A stretch of 32,000 nucleotides of DNA from Megasphaera elsdenii DSM 20460 (lineage in GTDB: Bacteria; Bacillota; Negativicutes; Veillonellales; Megasphaeraceae). The position numbers were made by a program, and so were the translations under genes. How positions within the stretch are numbered: position 1 is the first letter of the stretch; every line of letters begins with the position of its first letter. The stretch covers positions 1,170,001 to 1,202,000 of the forward strand of contig NZ_CP027570.1 in assembly GCF_003010495.1 (NCBI RefSeq), in the 5' to 3' direction. The notes beneath the pieces were generated by a model, which was not told the DNA's origin, searched no databases, and saw nothing but the letters and a program-made list of their open reading frames with translations. Of the stretch, positions 18,974-27,076 are shown one piece after another.

Positions 18974-19447
18974 ATGCGTCCTACGACACTTTGCTTTCCC
19001 GTCCGTTCGGACGGGAAGCTTTTATTAGGCCGCAAAAAGCGCGGCTTCGGCGTCAGTAAGTGGAATGGCTTCGGCGGCAAGATTGAAGCCGGCGAAGACT
19101 TCCTGCAGTGCGCCGTCCGGGAACTCCAGGAAGAAACGGGCCTCATCGCTCGGGAAGAAGATCTGGAACTCGTCGGCTTTCTCGATTTTCATTTTTCCGC
19201 CTCGCCGGAACTCAACCACATCGGTTTTGTCTATTTCCTCCATACATGGCAGGGGACTATCCAGGAAACGGAAGAAATGGAACCGACATGGTTCGACCCA
19301 GCAGCCCTTCCGTATGATGAAATGTGGAAAGGGGATCGGACGTGGATTCCTATGTTGCTAAAAAAAGAAAAGGTAAAGGGCATCATTACCTTTGCCGAAG
19401 ATAATGATACCGTAGCTCACATGGAATTACATACAGTTGATGCATAA
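18974..19447 (+). CDS. Nudix hydrolase, MTH1/NUDT1-like (putative 8-oxo-dGTP diphosphatase)
   Basis: Nudix box GGKIEAGEDFLQCAVRELQEETGL. Overall colinear resemblance to the human MTH1 pattern (KKRGFG..WNGFGGK...W..D..W.P.LL). Confidence 0.8.
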   Translation: MRPTTLCFPVRSDGKLLLGRKKRGFGVSKWNGFGGKIEAGEDFLQCAVRELQEETGLIAREEDLELVGFLDFHFSASPELNHIGFVYFLHTWQGTIQETEEMEPTWFDPAALPYDEMWKGDRTWIPMLLKKEKVKGIITFAEDNDTVAHMELHTVDA

Positions 19448-19474
19448 AAATAAGTATATATACGAAAAAACGGG

Positions 19475-19501
19475 CAGATAGACATTATCTGTCTGTTTTT
19501 T
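19475..19501 (+). terminator. Rho-independent terminator after the Nudix gene
   Basis: Stem cagataga / tctgtctg (one G-U pair) with a 5-nt loop, followed by TTTTTT. Confidence 0.7.
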
Positions 19502-19536
19502 GTCATCTAGACTACAGTTTAGACAATATGAGGGAC

Positions 19537-19566
19537 TTGACAGGACGGTGGCTTTTATTCTATAGT
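19537..19566 (+). promoter_or_regulatory. Candidate sigma-70-type promoter of the capsule locus
   Basis: TTGACA (19537..19542), 18-nt spacer, TATAGT (19561..19566), about 120 nt upstream of the wzi start. Pattern call only. Confidence 0.5.
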
Positions 19567-19684
19567 TATAAGGTATTAGTAGGTGATAAAGGTCACATAA
19601 TCACTTGTTACAGTTTTGCATATATACATTAGTATAACGTATATCTTTTATTTGATTTTCATAATGAAGTGGAGTTGGATAAGT

Positions 19685-21214
19685 ATGAAGAAGATGAATG
19701 CGGCTTTGATGGCGGCTTTTGTGCTGACCTTAGGCATGACTACGGGAGCTTGGGCAGCCCCGGCGACGACGGCCAATGTTTCGGTAGACAGCCCGTACTA
19801 TGGCTATATCGAAAAGCTGAGTGCCATGGGCTATCTCGATACCATGCCCAACGGGGCCAAACCATACAGCCGCATGCAGATGGCACAGTGGGTCGTCCAG
19901 GCCCAGGATAAGGCCCAGACCAAGCCTATGCCAAAATACTTGTCCGATGAAGTCGAAGCCCTGGCGCAGTACGTAGCGCCGGAAGTGGCGACCCTGCGCG
20001 GGGAAAAGACCTATGATCCGTTGAAGCTCCGTTCCGTTTCGCTGACGGCAGCAGCCCAGCTTTCGGATACGCCGCGCCATTCTTATAGCCGCGTGGTTAA
20101 CGCCGGCTGGCAGACTTTCGGCGCTGACCGCAATGGTTATAAATACGGCCGCGATGGTAACGGTATCTTGGAAGCCGAAATCTCCGGGAACATCGGTCAT
20201 GAAACGGCTATTGCCCTGCGGCCCCGCTTCAGCTATGACAAGGATAATGATTTCAGTGCCAGCCTGGAAGAAGGCTATATCAAGACCCGGGCCGGTATCT
20301 GGGCTTTTGAAGCCGGTAAACAGGCCATGACCTGGGGACAGGGGGAAACGGGGAACCTCGTCTTAGGCGACAACATGCGTCCCTTGACGACCATCCAGGC
20401 CCACTTCATGGAACCCCAGCGCGTCGGTGGTTTCTTCCGTTTCCTCGGCCAGGCCGACGTCCATCTCTTCTACGGCTTCCTCGAAGACGACCGCTCCGGC
20501 CGCGCGAATGCCCAAGATTACGATAATGCCGGTCTCTTTGGCATCCGTGCCGATTTCTCGCCAACGTCGTACTTCACGTTTGGCGTATCCCGCCTGTCCA
20601 TGCTCGGTGGTGACGGCAATGGCTTGGATAGCTCTGACTGGGGGCATTGGCTCTATGGCCGTAACGATGATCGCGACCAGGACCGCTGGGACGACATCGC
20701 CGGCGGTGACTTTCGCTTGAGCCTGCCCGGTGTCACCTTCTACGGTGAACTTTACGGTGAAGACCAGTCCCACTACATGCCGTCTAAAGTGGCTTACCGG
20801 GCCGGTATGTATCTGCCGAAGTTGGCCCATGACGGCTCGTGGGATATGACCTTGGAAATGGCCGACACCAGCGACGCCTGGTACGGTCATCAGCGCTTCA
20901 AGAACGGCTGGACCTATCATGACGCCATCATGGGTGACGCCATGGGCCGCGATGCCCGCAAATACTACGGCGCGATCCGCCATTATTTGCCCAACGAAAC
21001 ATCTCTCGGCCTGTACGCCCAGCGGACGGAAATGGAACGGGGCATGAGCCCCCATCCCACAGTCAATGAATTCGGTCTGACTGGCCAGACAAAACTCGGC
21101 CAGGACGTCTACCTCAACGGCATCATCGGCTACGCCAAGGTAGAAAACGCTGACTTCACGGTCCGTACAGACCACGACAAATTCGCCACTGCCACCATCC
21201 AGTGGAGATACTAG
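19685..21214 (+). CDS. wzi: Capsule assembly Wzi-family outer-membrane protein
   Basis: Signal peptide MKKMNAALMAAFVLTLGMTTGAWA/AP. Motifs shared with E. coli K30 Wzi: WGQGETGNLVLGDNMRP, FYGELYGEDQS and MGDAMGRD. The ATG at 19685 is preferred over the track start at 19616. Confidence 0.8.
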   Translation: MKKMNAALMAAFVLTLGMTTGAWAAPATTANVSVDSPYYGYIEKLSAMGYLDTMPNGAKPYSRMQMAQWVVQAQDKAQTKPMPKYLSDEVEALAQYVAPEVATLRGEKTYDPLKLRSVSLTAAAQLSDTPRHSYSRVVNAGWQTFGADRNGYKYGRDGNGILEAEISGNIGHETAIALRPRFSYDKDNDFSASLEEGYIKTRAGIWAFEAGKQAMTWGQGETGNLVLGDNMRPLTTIQAHFMEPQRVGGFFRFLGQADVHLFYGFLEDDRSGRANAQDYDNAGLFGIRADFSPTSYFTFGVSRLSMLGGDGNGLDSSDWGHWLYGRNDDRDQDRWDDIAGGDFRLSLPGVTFYGELYGEDQSHYMPSKVAYRAGMYLPKLAHDGSWDMTLEMADTSDAWYGHQRFKNGWTYHDAIMGDAMGRDARKYYGAIRHYLPNETSLGLYAQRTEMERGMSPHPTVNEFGLTGQTKLGQDVYLNGIIGYAKVENADFTVRTDHDKFATATIQWRY

Positions 21215-21220
21215 GGAACA

Positions 21221-21260
21221 CCACGAGCCACTAACCACTAACCACGGGGCCTTCGGCCCC
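21221..21260 (+). repeat. Short heptad-plus-hairpin module: ccacgag ccactaa ccactaa ccacggg, overlapping hairpin ggggcc-ttc-ggcccc
   Basis: Read directly. It lies between the wzi stop and the RBS of the next gene. Confidence 0.8.
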
Positions 21261-21275
21261 AAACGGAGAACAATC

Positions 21276-22070
21276 ATGATAGACATTCACTCACATATTT
21301 TATACGATATTGATGATGGCTCTGAATCATTGGACATGTCCCTGCAGATGCTGCGCATGTCTGTGGATTCGGGAGTCACCGATATTATTGCGACGCCTCA
21401 TGTCAATCGACAAGGACACATTCCGTCCTGGCAGACCATCCTTGACAAGGCAGCAGCCCTTCAGGAGGAAGCGGATAAGGCCAATATTCCTATTCGTATC
21501 CATACGGGGGCCGAAGTAGAACTTAACGGCGATACGTTACGTTTCATGAAGGAAAATCACGACGATTATTGTCTGGCCGGCAGCCGCTATGTCATGTTGG
21601 AACTGACGGACCAGTCTCAGCCGGATATTGTGGAAAAGATGATATATGAGTTGCAGATGCGCGGCTTCCTGCCACTTCTGGCCCACGTAGAACGCTATGA
21701 GCGCCTCATGGAACGTCCGGAAACGCTTCTGGCATGGATGAATAAGGGCGTCCTGGCTCAATGCAATACAGGCAGTTTCACGGGCTATTTCGGCTCAAAG
21801 TTGCAACAGCGCGTCCGCGACCTCTACCGCAATAATATGATTCATTTCCTCGGCAGCGACGGTCATCGCGTGGAATTCCGCACGACGGATATCCGTCAGG
21901 CCCATGAAGAATTAGATCGCTTGGCCGCCAAGGAAAAGCCGCATGTCAATCTTTGGAATACAGCGACGCGTAATGCTGAATATATTTTGAAACACCGCGT
22001 CTTTTATCCCGATTTGCCGTCGCATTGGCAAAAAGAGAAAAAAGGCTTTTTCCATCGTCTCTTTGGTTGA
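21276..22070 (+). CDS. cpsB: CpsB/CapC-family (PHP-domain, metal-dependent) protein-tyrosine phosphatase
   Basis: N-terminus MIDIHSHILYDIDDGS...ATPH is typical of this family. Capsule-locus context. Confidence 0.88.
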   Translation: MIDIHSHILYDIDDGSESLDMSLQMLRMSVDSGVTDIIATPHVNRQGHIPSWQTILDKAAALQEEADKANIPIRIHTGAEVELNGDTLRFMKENHDDYCLAGSRYVMLELTDQSQPDIVEKMIYELQMRGFLPLLAHVERYERLMERPETLLAWMNKGVLAQCNTGSFTGYFGSKLQQRVRDLYRNNMIHFLGSDGHRVEFRTTDIRQAHEELDRLAAKEKPHVNLWNTATRNAEYILKHRVFYPDLPSHWQKEKKGFFHRLFG

Positions 22071-22089
22071 ATTTAGGATGTGAATAAAT

Positions 22090-22746
22090 ATGTTGAAGAA
22101 AAGTATACTGGCGCTGGCTGTCGTGACTGCCTTATGGACCGGGACGGCCTGCGCTGAAGAATATTATATGCGCCCTGGCGATGAGCTCAACATCGTCGTC
22201 ACCCAGCAGCAGGATTTAGGCAATTCATCGACGAATCAGTCGCCCTTCGTCGTCCGGCCCGATGGTAACGTATCGTTTCCCTTAGTCGGGGAAATCCACG
22301 CCGAAGGCATGACGGTCTCCCAGTTCACAGATGTCTTGCAGCAGGGCTTGTCTCGGTATATTGTCGATCCCGATGTATCTGTCAATATTTCCAAGTTAGG
22401 CCGCGTCCGGGTCTACGTCTTCGGCGAAGTCCGTAAACCCGGTGCGGTAGAGTTAGACAAAGGCCATACGGTCATCGACGCTATCGGCGCGGCCCAGGGC
22501 TTTACGCGGGATACGGCGAAGAAGAAGATTTTCCTCATCCATCAGGACCAACCGAAATCGCTCATCCCCATTAATCTCAATAATATGCTCAAAACTGGCG
22601 ACATGTCGCAGAATGTCACCCTCCGCGAAGGGGACATCCTCTACTTGACCAAGAATCATCGCATCGACTTTGCTCGCGATATTGCGCCAATCTTTAGCAG
22701 TATCTATATGATTACCGAAGCGAAAGACAACTTAGATAATAACTAG
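22090..22746 (+). CDS. wza: Polysaccharide export protein (OPX/Wza family, short form)
   Basis: 218 aa with a signal sequence, a Poly_export-like segment (PGDELNIVV...G.VSFPLVGEIHAEGMT) and an SLBB-like segment (VYVFGEVRKPGAVEL). Confidence 0.85.
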   Translation: MLKKSILALAVVTALWTGTACAEEYYMRPGDELNIVVTQQQDLGNSSTNQSPFVVRPDGNVSFPLVGEIHAEGMTVSQFTDVLQQGLSRYIVDPDVSVNISKLGRVRVYVFGEVRKPGAVELDKGHTVIDAIGAAQGFTRDTAKKKIFLIHQDQPKSLIPINLNNMLKTGDMSQNVTLREGDILYLTKNHRIDFARDIAPIFSSIYMITEAKDNLDNN

Positions 22747-22772
22747 TATTTCCCATACAGGAGTTGAACAGG

Positions 22773-24230
22773 GTGGAAGAAATAACCATTGATTTGAAGG
22801 ACCTCTTTCAAGTCGTCATGGACCATAAAAAGAAAATCGCTGCCATTACGGCGGCCTTCATGATTGCCGGAGGGGCCTATCTCTGCATTGCTTCGCCAGT
22901 GTACCAGTCGACGTCGCTATTGCGCATCAAGCAGGATAAAGGCTTGGGCGACTCGATCATGTCTCAGGTGTCCGGGGGCAATACACTGGACGATAAGCAG
23001 CGCATGATGACGGATGCGGAAATCCTCAAGAGCCGCAACGTCGTCCTGCCGGTCATCGAAAAGACAGAAGAACGAAATGATGACGGCGAATTACCCGATT
23101 ATGAAAGTTACGTTAAAAAGCACATCGTCACCAAACCGTATAAAGATACGGAAATCTTGGAAGTCGACGTCACAGGCAAATCGCCGGAACAGGCCCAGCA
23201 GGCCAATAATCTTATTGTCCAGGGCTTTATGAACCGCCTGACCGAACTGAGTCATGACGAACAGAAGCGGACCCGCGAGTTCCTGGAACAGCGGCTAGGT
23301 GCTTCTAAGGATGAACTGAGCCAGGCCGAAGACAAACTGCAGCAGTACCAAGCTGCCAATAAGATGTACTCCACAGATGACCAGATGAAACAGCTTACGG
23401 ATAAGCTGAACATCGTTGACAAGGCTAAGGCTGAAAACCAGCTCAATTTGGAAACGGCCCAGGCCGGCTTGAACAGTGTCAATGAACAGCTCAGCTCGGC
23501 TGGCGTCTCCATTGCCGACAGCCCGGCCATTCAGCAGTACAAGACCCAGCTGGCTCAGTTGGAAGCGACGAAAGCCAGCTACGTCGGCAAATACACGGAT
23601 GAACATCCAAAGATGCAGGAAATCAACAACCAGATCAACTCCACCCGTGATTCCCTGAACCAGGAAATCAGCAAGATCGTTTCCCAGCAGGCGCCGTCCA
23701 GCAACAGCGTCCAACAGGGATTACTGGCCGATAAATTCAAGAACGAAGCGGCCATTGCCGTAGCCCAGAGCAAGAAGACCGCTTTGGACCAGATGGATGC
23801 CCAGAACGACGCCATCATTTCATCGCTGCCGGAAAAAGAACAGGGCTTCGTCCGGGTCAAGCGCGATGCCGACGTTTCCAACGAAATCTACGTTATGCTG
23901 GCCAAACGATTGGAAGAAGCCAAGGTCGCCGAAGTCATGGTGCCGAATGAAGTCCAGGTCATCGATGCGGCTACACTGCCGGAAAAACCGATTAAGCCGC
24001 GAAAGGTCTTGATTATGGCCATTATGACCTTATTAGGGCTCATCGTCGGTATGGGGACCGTCATCGTTCAGTCTCTCATGTATCGCAAGATACGGACAGC
24101 TGAAGATGTGGAAAAAGAATTGGGCTTGCCTGTCTTGGGCATGATTCCCGATACCAGCACCTTACAGGTAGAAACGGGAAGCAGCGATGGTTTGTGGTCG
24201 AAAATTAGGAGGAAATTATGGCGGAAATAG
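22773..24230 (+). CDS. Polysaccharide co-polymerase (Wzz/GumC-type chain-length determinant; transmembrane and periplasmic part of a split Wzc)
   Basis: N-terminal TM plus Wzz-like motif, a long coiled-coil region, and a C-terminal TM (VLIMAIMTLLGLIVGMGTVIV). The GTG at 22773 has better spacing from GGAG than the track start (TTG 22764). The start is uncertain by 3 codons. Confidence 0.85.
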   Translation: MEEITIDLKDLFQVVMDHKKKIAAITAAFMIAGGAYLCIASPVYQSTSLLRIKQDKGLGDSIMSQVSGGNTLDDKQRMMTDAEILKSRNVVLPVIEKTEERNDDGELPDYESYVKKHIVTKPYKDTEILEVDVTGKSPEQAQQANNLIVQGFMNRLTELSHDEQKRTREFLEQRLGASKDELSQAEDKLQQYQAANKMYSTDDQMKQLTDKLNIVDKAKAENQLNLETAQAGLNSVNEQLSSAGVSIADSPAIQQYKTQLAQLEATKASYVGKYTDEHPKMQEINNQINSTRDSLNQEISKIVSQQAPSSNSVQQGLLADKFKNEAAIAVAQSKKTALDQMDAQNDAIISSLPEKEQGFVRVKRDADVSNEIYVMLAKRLEEAKVAEVMVPNEVQVIDAATLPEKPIKPRKVLIMAIMTLLGLIVGMGTVIVQSLMYRKIRTAEDVEKELGLPVLGMIPDTSTLQVETGSSDGLWSKIRRKLWRK

Positions 24231-24916
24231 ATTTCATCACCCATTATGACAGCCGGTCGCCCGTATCCGAAGCCTATCGGGCTATCCGGACGAATTTGCA
24301 GTTTGCCGGTGCTGGAAAGCAATTGAAAACCCTCGTCTTTACGTCGGCCATTCCTGGCGAAGGGAAATCGACGACTGTTGCCAATTTAGCTATCGCCATG
24401 GGACAGGATGATAAAAAAATCCTGCTCATAGACTGTGATATGCGTAAGCCCGTCGTCCACCGCCGCTTCGGCCTCTTAAACCGGGGCTTGAGCAACTGCT
24501 TTGCCGAAGACCTGCCGCTGAAAGAAGTCATCCAGGCCGACGTCTTCCCCAACCTGGACGTCGTCACTAGCGGCCCGGTTCCGCCGAATCCGGCAGAACT
24601 TCTGGGATCGAAGAAAATGGAAGCCTTATTGCAGGAAGCAGCGGAAACCTATGACTACGTTTTCTTGGATATGCCGCCGGTCCTGGCCGTCACTGACGCT
24701 GCCCTCATGAGTAGCCGGGTAGATGGCACCGTCATTATCCTGGGCAGTGGCGACATCGGCCCAGATGAAGGCAAACAAGCCAAATCCCTCCTGGAAAAAG
24801 TCCACGCCAACATCCTAGGCGTCATACTGAACAAAGTTCCGCAGCACCACAAGAGCGGCTACTATTACTACTACTATTATGACGAAAACCATAATAAAAA
24901 ACGTAAAAGACGCTAG
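24218..24916 (+). CDS. CpsD/CapB-family bacterial tyrosine kinase (BY-kinase) catalytic subunit
   Basis: Walker A GEGKST, Walker A' LLIDCDMRKP, Walker B VFLDMPP, and a C-terminal run of seven Tyr (GYYYYYYYDE). There is a 13-nt overlap with the upstream PCP gene. Confidence 0.92.
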   Translation: MAEIDFITHYDSRSPVSEAYRAIRTNLQFAGAGKQLKTLVFTSAIPGEGKSTTVANLAIAMGQDDKKILLIDCDMRKPVVHRRFGLLNRGLSNCFAEDLPLKEVIQADVFPNLDVVTSGPVPPNPAELLGSKKMEALLQEAAETYDYVFLDMPPVLAVTDAALMSSRVDGTVIILGSGDIGPDEGKQAKSLLEKVHANILGVILNKVPQHHKSGYYYYYYYDENHNKKRKRR

Positions 24917-25600
24917 CCTCCCCTGCGAAGGGGAGGCGCAGGCCGCAGTTCGCAGGCCGCAGGCCGCCTCGGACTCAGATGCCGCTGCGCGGCGACGGAC
25001 TCAAACTGACAACATCGCCTCGAGTAACCCTCGGCTCGTAAAAAACGCCCCTTTGGGGCGCGTATGGCTCCCCTGATAGGGGAGCTGTCAGCGAAGCTGA
25101 CTGAGAGGTTCCTACAGCGACCAGACGGCCATACACCAATCGGGCCAATGTGGCATGATTTTCGCGAACTGCGACCGGCGTTTATCTCGGACTCAGGTGC
25201 CGCTGCGCGGCGTCAGACTCAAACTAACAACGACGCTTCGGGGGTACCCTCAGCGCGTAGCGGGACGCCTTTCCAGGACGTCCCCTACGGAGTCGCATCC
25301 AGGCGATAATAATTATCCACGGCCTGTGGCCTCGTGCGTAGGGGCCGTCCCGGTTAGGGCGGCCCGCCGCGAACAGTCGGCCATATAACTTGCGAGCTAA
25401 TGTGGCATGGTTTTGCGAACTGTGGTCTGCGACCGGCGCGCCCTACAAGGGCGCCCACGACCAACCAACCTCTCCGGCCTTTCGGCCACCTCCCCTATGA
25501 GGGGAGGCTTAACGACGAACGACCTGCGACCGACGCGCCCCCGTGAGGGCGCCTACGAACCACTAGCCACTAGCCACTGGGGCCACCGGCCCCAATCCTC
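24917..25600 (+). repeat. 704-bp intergenic block made entirely of hairpin modules and heptad repeats. It contains composite repeat copy B (25064..25593).
   Basis: Colinear with 16618..17080 plus 18406..18509. It also holds an extra partial module set at 24917..25063, including inverted TGCGRCC heptads (24941..24968) and a duplicated cggactcag-hairpin-gactcaaac module. Confidence 0.88.
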
Positions 25601-25620
25601 ACGAAAGGAAGGAAAAGGTC

Positions 25621-26991
25621 ATGAAGACCCGTGTTTATCCTACGTCACGTAAACTCTTTGGCTTACTCGGAGACGTGACCATCATTACCTTAACTTACAT
25701 ACTCCTGACCTATTTGATTATTCCGCCAGGCGCACGGGCTATGAATCATGCCTTATATTCCGGTATGTTGCCTGTTGTTATCATCTTTTCAGTCATGATG
25801 TTTAGCATCAATGGCCTGTATACCATCGAGCACAAGCGATTCAGCGAAGTCCTCATCAGCCTGGCAGTCAGTCTATTCTTGGTTCTCATCCTCATCATGG
25901 CCTTGAGCTTCGTAATCCATGAATTCGCTTATTCCCGCGTTTTGATTGTCACCAGTACGGCTGTGCAATTCGTCTTGCTCGGTTTGTGGAAGCGGGCCGT
26001 CCAGCATTGGGAACAGAGCCTTCATCCCGTTCGCCAGGTCATGATTATAGGCAATGAAGACGAATGCCGCCATGTCTATTATCGCATGAGTGCTCAGCCA
26101 CAGCTTAAAATGCAGCTCCAGCACGTCATCATGGATCCGCAGACCGATTGGCGCCAGAAATTGGAAGCTTGTGATATCGATACGCTCATCATCTGCTCAG
26201 ATATCCCCATTGCCACGAAAGCCAAAATCGTCAATTATTGTACGGATAAGGAAATTCAACCATACATCATTCCCGGTTCTTATGAAATCTTTTGTAACGG
26301 GGCCATGCTCCAGAAAATCGATGACGTGCCCGTCTTCCGGCCTAAGAGCCTGCGCCTCAGCGTAGAACAGCGGGCGGTCAAGCGCACTGTCGACATCATC
26401 TTGGCTGGCATCGCCGCTATCTGCGCCTTGCCCTTCGCCATCCCCGTCGCCTTGGCCATCAAACTCGGCGACGGCGGTCCCATCCTCTACAGCCAGGTCC
26501 GCGTCGGCCGCTTTGGCAAGGAATATAAGGTTTATAAATTCCGTTCCATGCGCGTCGATGCCGAAAAATATTCCGGTCCCCAGCTGGCCACCGAAGACGA
26601 CCCGCGCATTACCAAAGTCGGCAAATTTATCCGCGCCACCCGCCTCGATGAACTGCCGCAGATCCTCAACGTCCTCAACGGCGACATGAGCCTCGTCGGC
26701 CCGAGACCCGAACGGCCGTACTTCGTCGAACAGTTTAAACAAGAAAACCCTGAATACGCCTATCGCCATAACGTCAAACCGGGTATTACCGGCTTAGCCC
26801 AGGTCTTTGCCAAGTACAACACAACGCCTTATGACAAACTCGTCTACGACCTCATGTACATCGAAAACTACAGCATCTTAGAAGACTTCGTCATCATGAT
26901 CCAGACCATCAAGATCCTAGTCACCAAGAGCGCCACCGAAGGCAAAGACGTCAGCGGCAAAGACCTAGACCTGAGCAAATTTGAACGCTAA
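25621..26991 (+). CDS. Initiating polyprenyl-phosphate glycosyl-1-phosphate transferase (bacterial sugar transferase, WbaP/CpsE-like)
   Basis: 456 aa with N-terminal TM segments and a C-terminal domain carrying KFRSM, DPRITKVGKFIRATRLDELPQ and SLVGPRP. Confidence 0.92.
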   Translation: MKTRVYPTSRKLFGLLGDVTIITLTYILLTYLIIPPGARAMNHALYSGMLPVVIIFSVMMFSINGLYTIEHKRFSEVLISLAVSLFLVLILIMALSFVIHEFAYSRVLIVTSTAVQFVLLGLWKRAVQHWEQSLHPVRQVMIIGNEDECRHVYYRMSAQPQLKMQLQHVIMDPQTDWRQKLEACDIDTLIICSDIPIATKAKIVNYCTDKEIQPYIIPGSYEIFCNGAMLQKIDDVPVFRPKSLRLSVEQRAVKRTVDIILAGIAAICALPFAIPVALAIKLGDGGPILYSQVRVGRFGKEYKVYKFRSMRVDAEKYSGPQLATEDDPRITKVGKFIRATRLDELPQILNVLNGDMSLVGPRPERPYFVEQFKQENPEYAYRHNVKPGITGLAQVFAKYNTTPYDKLVYDLMYIENYSILEDFVIMIQTIKILVTKSATEGKDVSGKDLDLSKFER

Positions 26992-26994
26992 AGC

Positions 26995-27048
26995 CTCCGT
27001 CTCCCCTGAGAAGGGGAGGTGGCCCGAAAGGGCCGGAAGGGTTCTTCC
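26995..27048. repeat. Hairpin module set in reverse orientation: ctcccc-tgagaa-ggggag, ggccc-gaaa-gggcc, ggaag-ggtt-cttcc, followed by a T-rich run
   Basis: Matches the reverse complement of the module at 17040..17080 and 25470..25507. It lies exactly at the GC-content break. It may also terminate transcription, but support for that is weak. Confidence 0.75.
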
Positions 27049-27076
27049 TATTTTTACAAAGGATGGAGTCATTATT

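Noticed and set aside
25040-25060. A6 plus cgcccc-ttt-ggggcg, an intrinsic-terminator-like hairpin for the minus strand
   Set aside because: No minus-strand gene is nearby that it could terminate. It is most simply another module of the repeat family. It is mentioned under the spacer finding rather than called as a terminator.
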